Part shown: positions 63,608 to 64,000 of the stretch, one piece after another
Layout: every line of letters begins with the position of its first letter
How positions within the stretch are numbered: position 1 is the first letter of the stretch
From: the human T2T-CHM13v2.0 reference genome, Homo sapiens
Direction: 5' to 3' (one strand)
Assembly: GCF_009914755.1 (NCBI RefSeq)
Contig: NC_060932.1
DNA length: 64,000 nucleotides
Program-made: the position numbers and the translations under genes
The notes under the pieces: model-generated
Told to the model about the DNA's origin: nothing
The model's database searches: none
The model's input: the letters and a program-made list of their open reading frames with translations, nothing else

Positions 63608-63845
63608 GTAATAGCTTGCCTTTATTAAAGACTTATGTGCCAACCACTCTGCTAAATCCTTTATGTGTAATATCTCATTTGATCTTTCCCATAACCACAA
63701 AGAAGATATCATTAAGAAAAAAATAACCATTTTTATCTTCATGTTACAGTTGCAGAAGACTTATGTTCAGAGGAGGTAAATACACTACCCAGAGTCACAC
63801 ACAGACAGTCAGTGGCAGAGCTGACATTTGAGTTTACAATCTGTT
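63608..63845 (-). mobile_element. MIR
   Basis: tatgtgccaaccactctgctaaatcctttatg...atctcatttgatc...gtcacacacag...gtggcagagctg. Confidence 0.75.
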
Positions 63846-64000
63846 CGCTATACTTGAGTACAAAGATTATCCTGAGAATCCAGCAGGACAATAGAGTAAA
63901 TTAGGAAAAGGAATCCTGGGAACCAACATGAGAATCTTGAAAAAGAGGTGAGCTAAGAGTAAGTTGGAAGTCATGAATTGATCATCTTCAGGACAGTGCC

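Overview
AT-rich, repeat-dense hominoid (probably human) intronic or intergenic DNA. I found no host protein-coding gene: every long ORF derives from LINE-1 or Alu. The window is dominated by a near full-length L1PA5-type element on the minus strand (~26.7-32.9 kb), a 5'-truncated L1PA10-type element (33.0-34.75 kb) and a full-length but frameshifted L1PA2-type element on the plus strand (39808-45873, perfect 15-bp TSD, intact ORF0). There are also nine Alus or Alu fragments, a probable HAL1, old L1M/L2/MIR fragments, solo LTRs (MLT1, MER54/73-like, LTR16A, LTR33, MLT2A1, THE1) and hAT DNA transposon relics. The main observation is that the two inverted full-length L1s belong to different subfamilies yet share a 126-bp identical tract with the same private mutations. 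These include destruction of the RT catalytic motif (FADD to FANN). This points to ectopic gene conversion between neighbouring inverted L1s. Subfamily calls come from recalled consensus motifs, not from a RepeatMasker run, and boundaries of old repeats are approximate.
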